Assembly: GCF_001194135.2 (NCBI RefSeq)
Contig: NC_068981.1
Coordinates: 182,408,921-182,472,920, forward strand
DNA: 64,000 nt
Reading direction: 5' to 3'
Origin: Octopus bimaculoides
Lineage: Eukaryota
The translations under genes and the position numbers were made by a program. Below, piece by piece: positions 61,589-64,000 of this stretch (within the stretch, counting starts at the first letter, position 1; every line of letters starts with the position of its first letter). The notes below the pieces were generated by a model. It had not been told where the DNA came from and searched no databases. It worked only from the letters and a program-made list of their open reading frames with translations.

Positions 61589-62283
61589 NNNNNNNNNNNN
61601 NNNNNNNNNNNNNNNNNNNNNNNNNNNNNNNNNNNNNNNNNNNNNNNNNNNNNNNNNNNNNNNNNNNNNNNNNNNNNNNNNNNNNNNNNNNNNNNNNNNN
61701 NNNNNNNNNNNNNNNNNNNNNNNNNNNNNNNNNNNNNNNNNNNNNNNNNNNNNNNNNNNNNNNNNNNNNNNNNNNNNNNNNNNNNNNNNNNNNNNNNNNN
61801 NNNNNNNNNNNNNNNNNNNNNNNNNNNNNNNNNNNNNNNNNNNNNNNNNNNNNNNNNNNNNNNNNNNNNNNNNNNNNNNNNNNNNNNNNNNNNNNNNNNN
61901 ATATATATATATATATATACAATGGGTTTCTTTCAATTTCTGTCTACCAAATCCACTCACATGGCTTGCTTTGATTAGTCCGAAGCTATATGAGAAAACA
62001 TATATATTTTTAAAAAATAATTACTTCAGTATTTTCATCATTCCTCACTCATTATTTGGTTCTTTTTATCCTTTCACAATTAACAGTATTGTTTCTTTTT
62101 ACCTTCTTTTGCAAGCGTGAACCTTCAGAACATGCGTATAACTCAGATGATTTGAACAGAATGGAAAATGACACGCCTCAAACTGAGAATAATTCACATT
62201 CATTAGACAGAAAGACAGCTTTACCAGAAAATTTTTGTTTACCTCCAATCACTTCACACGTTTCATTTCAAAAGTCACTGTAA
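38193..62283 (+). CDS. C2orf81: C2orf81 (DUF4639)-like protein; join(38193..38293,41057..41219,44547..44616,47527..47692,50019..50127,53788..53888,56514..56638,59448..59518,61052..61123,62116..62283), 381 aa
   Basis: Ten phase-consistent exons totalling 1146 nt. The N-terminus EIVPGKLTEQHW...YDIYLERQLLPYTVNAAIEALTLLVEWNFLRRDE...EPVRPEIDNWA matches the C2orf81 motif as recalled (IVPGRLSE.EW...Y..Q.IPFT....WRFLARDE...EP....DSWA). Later conserved-looking blocks are LDPDQLPSNRVRV and MESIELVPGV. Confidence 0.82.
38470..38935 (+). mobile_element. Two degenerate copies of the GGCAGAA..GTTAGC SINE family
   Basis: TTCTGAGTTCAAATTC..CCAAGGTCAACTTTG..TTTCATCC..GGGTCGAT core; (TTA)n tails. Confidence 0.65.
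38954..39416 (-). mobile_element. 5'-truncated R4/Dong-clade retrotransposon (restriction-like endonuclease domain and 3' UTR)
   Basis: WDFDFQTDKVLEHRRLDIVTFRRDKQECLIIDVAVP...KEREKVDKYGDLRIEIAKMW...VIGALCSIP...LQTSALLGTARILRKVLSV*; (TAA)n on both sides. Confidence 0.88.
39705..40250 (-). mobile_element. Non-coding interspersed repeat ending in (TAA)n, fused to the Dong RT fragment
   Basis: No long ORF; minus-strand end ...TTTCTCACTC-AATAATAAT; contains an N gap. Confidence 0.5.
40262..40890 (-). mobile_element. R4/Dong-clade reverse transcriptase fragment (N-terminal RT motifs)
   Basis: FWGDIWS...MSNWKAPAPNRVQGYWIK...PEWLTLSRTVL...NCRPISCLPLMWKLLTGIL...EQKACKRKCRGTKDQLIDK...WINYSKAYD; preceded by (TAA)n at 40891-40960. 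Confidence 0.88.
41057..41219 (+). CDS. C2orf81: C2orf81-like exon 2
   Basis: CGCCAG acceptor, GTAAAC donor; LELQEGYKNEDYASEIVEDIVNIVLNKAYDIYLERQLLPYTVNAAIEALTLLVE. Confidence 0.88.
42241..42623 (+). mobile_element. tRNA-headed SINE copy
   Basis: Same family as 29949-30351. Confidence 0.85.
43713..44109 (+). mobile_element. tRNA-headed SINE copy
   Basis: Same family as 29949-30351. Confidence 0.85.
44547..44616 (+). CDS. C2orf81: C2orf81-like exon 3
   Basis: TTTCAG acceptor, GTAAAG donor; WNFLRRDESQVSPTLQPGWISSE. Confidence 0.88.
46159..46595 (+). mobile_element. GGCGGTGAGCTGGCAGAA SINE, full copy followed by a partial second copy
   Basis: Full copy ends AATAAAGAAATAA at about 46390; another full copy at 49156-49390. 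Confidence 0.8.
47527..47692 (+). CDS. C2orf81: C2orf81-like exon 4
   Basis: TTTTAG acceptor, GTAGTT donor; EPVRPEIDNWAPRHYCEESRKLIDNTVQESVSQEEARDMEAAAVKEEAANQHEVPG. Confidence 0.82.
47962..48390 (-). mobile_element. RTE-type 3' UTR/tail copy with about 5 internal ~55-60-nt repeats
   Basis: Repeated GGTGCTTTT(T)A(C/T)GTGCCAC..GCAC.(A/G)GCCAGTCAG units. Confidence 0.75.
50019..50127 (+). CDS. C2orf81: C2orf81-like exon 5
   Basis: TCTTAG acceptor, GTAAGA donor; TENEHQSPKRRKMKPPKFTGVKDIKMPLKFSNTSLK. Confidence 0.78.
50660..51143 (-). mobile_element. RTE-clade LINE 3' fragment
   Basis: GRPKKTWDEVVKHDLQTLGFTEAMTGDRDLWKYAMIEK, followed by UTR repeats. Confidence 0.8.
51925..52207 (+). mobile_element. 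RTE-type 3' tail copy
   Basis: Same family; ends in (GAT)n. Confidence 0.8.
52463..52664. mobile_element. Mariner-type MITE (same family as 7700-7916)
   Basis: TA|CGAGGGGCTGCTGAAAAGTTCCTGG...CCAGGAACTTTTCAGTAGCCCCTTG|TA. Confidence 0.85.
53788..53888 (+). CDS. C2orf81: C2orf81-like exon 6
   Basis: TTCTAG acceptor, GTAAGT donor; DAQKSVDCKDVILDSEGNIIGMSRLDPDQLPSNR. Confidence 0.82.
55072..55880 (+). mobile_element. Putative solo LTR-like segment
   Basis: TG start, CCAAT at 55245, TATAAA at 55314, AATAAA at 55850; termini and TSD not resolved. Confidence 0.35.
56514..56638 (+). CDS. C2orf81: C2orf81-like exon 7
   Basis: TTGCAG acceptor, GTAAGT donor; VRVKYHIQECSTPKKAIKPTKSFKYPENKMFSKYIFRRPQQ. 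Confidence 0.8.
56850..57250 (-). mobile_element. Degenerate CR1/L2-type LINE ORF2 C-terminal fragment
   Basis: RMLDSSTPILWP...SMNPRERGRLKVL resembles P.LEY.S.VW.P...SLE.RRL..DL. Confidence 0.5.
57640..58352. mobile_element. hAT-family MITE (family of 13849-14104) split by a SINE at 57788-58181
   Basis: TIRs CAGTGATTCCCAAA / TTTGGGAACCACTG; diverged 8-bp TSD CACTAGGC / CACAAGGT. Confidence 0.82.
59448..59518 (+). CDS. C2orf81: C2orf81-like exon 8
   Basis: TTACAG acceptor, GTAAGA donor; GKSPKKNSHFGTSEYVLSSNFLSL. Confidence 0.72.
60440..61012 (-). mobile_element. Degenerate RTE-clade LINE fragment
   Basis: KKFRYLG..DGKQKTELEAR...VPILIYGHEC...VEPLILCIERSQLWYYRHV...RGRPKTRWS across frameshifts. 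Confidence 0.75.
61052..61123 (+). CDS. C2orf81: C2orf81-like exon 9
   Basis: Long polypyrimidine tract, AACAG acceptor, GTGAGT donor; MESIELVPGVKIKDDKTTKSGPKI. Confidence 0.8.
61311..61995 (-). mobile_element. tRNA-headed SINE copy in reverse, with expanded (AT)n and a gap in the middle
   Basis: Reverse complement of the 29949 family on both sides of the gap. Confidence 0.75.
62116..62283 (+). CDS. C2orf81: C2orf81-like last exon
   Basis: GCAAG acceptor after a pyrimidine tract, phase 0; REPSEHAYNSDDLNRMEND...LPPITSHVSFQKSL*. Confidence 0.72.
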   Translation, partial: REPSEHAYNSDDLNRMENDTPQTENNSHSLDRKTALPENFCLPPITSHVSFQKSL

Positions 62284-62443
62284 TTTGGTTAGGTATAGAA
62301 ACCTGTTAATGTTCTAAACATATCTGAGAGATAGGAAAGCCCTAATTTTTTTGTCTGTTTCTCATTTATTGTTTACATAATGTTAACTAAAATTCACCCT
62401 AATCTTAAACTAAATGAGAAATAATATTTTTAAGAAATTCAGA

Positions 62444-62464
62444 AATAAAAAATAATGCTTTATT
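62444..62464. terminator. Back-to-back poly(A) signals for the C2orf81-like gene (+) and OXLD1 (-)
   Basis: AATAAA at 62444-62449 and TTTATT at 62459-62464. Confidence 0.45.
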
Positions 62465-63610
62465 GTTTTGTTAAAAATATATTTTCTCAATTTTGTTTTT
62501 TCTTTTTGAGTAACACCAGTCTGATTTGTCCAAAATACAGGTATCATCATCATCATAATGATTATATGATTATCATTTAACATATGCTTTCCATGTTGGA
62601 CAGTGTGACAGGATCCAGTGAGCCTCAGGGCATCATGTCAAGCCCCAACGTCAGCTTTGGCATGGTTTCTATGGCTAAATTCCTTTCCTTTACAGAGTGT
62701 ACTGGGTGCTTTTTTTCATGCCATTGGTACTAGTGAGGTCAGCAAGTAACTTTGCAAGACAAGAACAGGAAAAAGGTAAAAGCCCCTTGACCAAGGGTGG
62801 GTGGTATTTAAGGCAGGGGCAGTGGTTTTATGCCAGGTGTAGAGATGCTAAAGTATGATAGAGGGACAAACTCAGGTAACATAAGAAACAGATCTAAATG
62901 AGACCTGTACATTTGAAAATAGCATTCTTCAAACTGGTTTTGGAGCATACCTCATGTTAAGATGTCAAGACAAAGAAACACACACAAATATATTATATTT
63001 ACATATATACGATGGGCTTCCATCTACTAAATCCACTCACAAGGCTTATGCTGGCCCAGGGCTATAATAGAAGACACTTGCTCAAGGTGCCCCGCAGTGG
63101 GATTGAAACTCCAAATCATGTGATGGGGAGAGAAACTTCTTAAGACACAGCCATGCCTGCACTTAAGTTCCATATCATTTATCTTTCATAAACTGAAAAC
63201 AAAATAAATACACTCATTTGTCAATCATCCATTTAAATTCAAAGTATAAAGTTATAATAAATAAGAAACTGAAATAATTACACCATAAATAAAATAAACT
63301 ATACAATCGTTCAGTGTTTCAATGTGTTGAGTTACCATATTTTCCAGTTTACAAGTCGGATTTTTTAGACCAAATTTCACAGCCAAAAAAAAAAGGTAGA
63401 TTAACTTATTCACCAAAACAACTTCAGAGGACCAAAAATTCCATGTGAAATGCAACAGGATTTTGAAAGCTAGTGAAGATATTTAAATATTTACACTACA
63501 TGTTTCCAATATATAATACACTGACATGTATATCAGAAAATACAGTAAATTTTGAGATACAACAGAATATTATTTTTGACAAAGTTGTGAAATATCAAAT
63601 GCCACAGGGG

Positions 63611-64000
63611 TCATTGTTTTTTCAAGAAACTCAGTTCAACTTTTAGAAAGGCTTTCAAACTGACATCCTCAATTGCTTCAATATCTTTCAAGGCTTTCTC
63701 TATACCATCTGCACTATAAAATTCCTTCATTTCTTCAGCATATGTAATCCAAACACAATTCGCACAGCCACTCATACAACAGTCTGTTGGCGGATCGGGT
63801 GGAGTTTTTGTTACTTTACAAACAGGATTTTCTTTTGTTACTAAATCTTCATTTAATTTTTTTCCTTCATAAAATTCCTGGATAAAATCCGAATGAGTTT
63901 TATCTGTGGAACTCTCGTTTTGAGAAACAGACCTAATAATGTGAGTTCTTTTATCTTTTTCTGAGTTGCTAAGATGGTCTGACTCAGTGGTAATTTCTTG
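63611..64000 (-). CDS. OXLD1: Oxidoreductase-like domain-containing protein 1, 5'-partial (runs off the window)
   Basis: Open for 130 codons from the edge: ...KTPPDPPTDCCMSGCANCVWITYAEEMKEFYSADGIEKALKDIEAIEDVSLKAFLKVELSFLKKQ*. PPxxCCxSGCxNCVW is the oxidoreductase-like N-terminal motif. Confidence 0.88.
   Translation of the reverse strand, partial: QEITTESDHLSNSEKDKRTHIIRSVSQNESSTDKTHSDFIQEFYEGKKLNEDLVTKENPVCKVTKTPPDPPTDCCMSGCANCVWITYAEEMKEFYSADGIEKALKDIEAIEDVSLKAFLKVELSFLKKQ

Overview
AT-rich, microsatellite- and repeat-dense animal DNA with N gaps. The repeat families look like those of an octopus (inference from repeat content; not checked by search). No CRISPR, rRNA or true tRNA genes were found. 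Four protein-coding genes were rebuilt by hand from GT-AG boundaries with consistent phases, none of them complete in the ORF track. (1) A + strand 3-exon secreted Ly6/uPAR (three-finger, 10-Cys) protein with Gly-rich arms on both sides and no GPI signal (1024-7460). (2) ENKD1 on the - strand, 6 coding exons (28598-13179). (3) A C2orf81/DUF4639-like gene on the + strand, 10 coding exons (38193-62283), head-to-head with ENKD1 across a short region with RFX X-box-like motifs. (4) The 3' part of OXLD1 on the - strand (64000-63611), tail-to-tail with the C2orf81-like gene. Introns and intergenic DNA hold decayed RTE, CR1-like, Tx1-like, R4/Dong and Penelope-like fragments, several tRNA-derived SINE families, and Tc1/mariner, hAT and piggyBac-type MITEs. 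The most unusual items are the unanchored three-finger protein with GGSW/SSGGG tails, the candidate bidirectional ciliary promoter, a decayed hammerhead ribozyme at the Penelope fragment, a 43-bp long-range inverted repeat, and a compact bidirectional poly(A) site.
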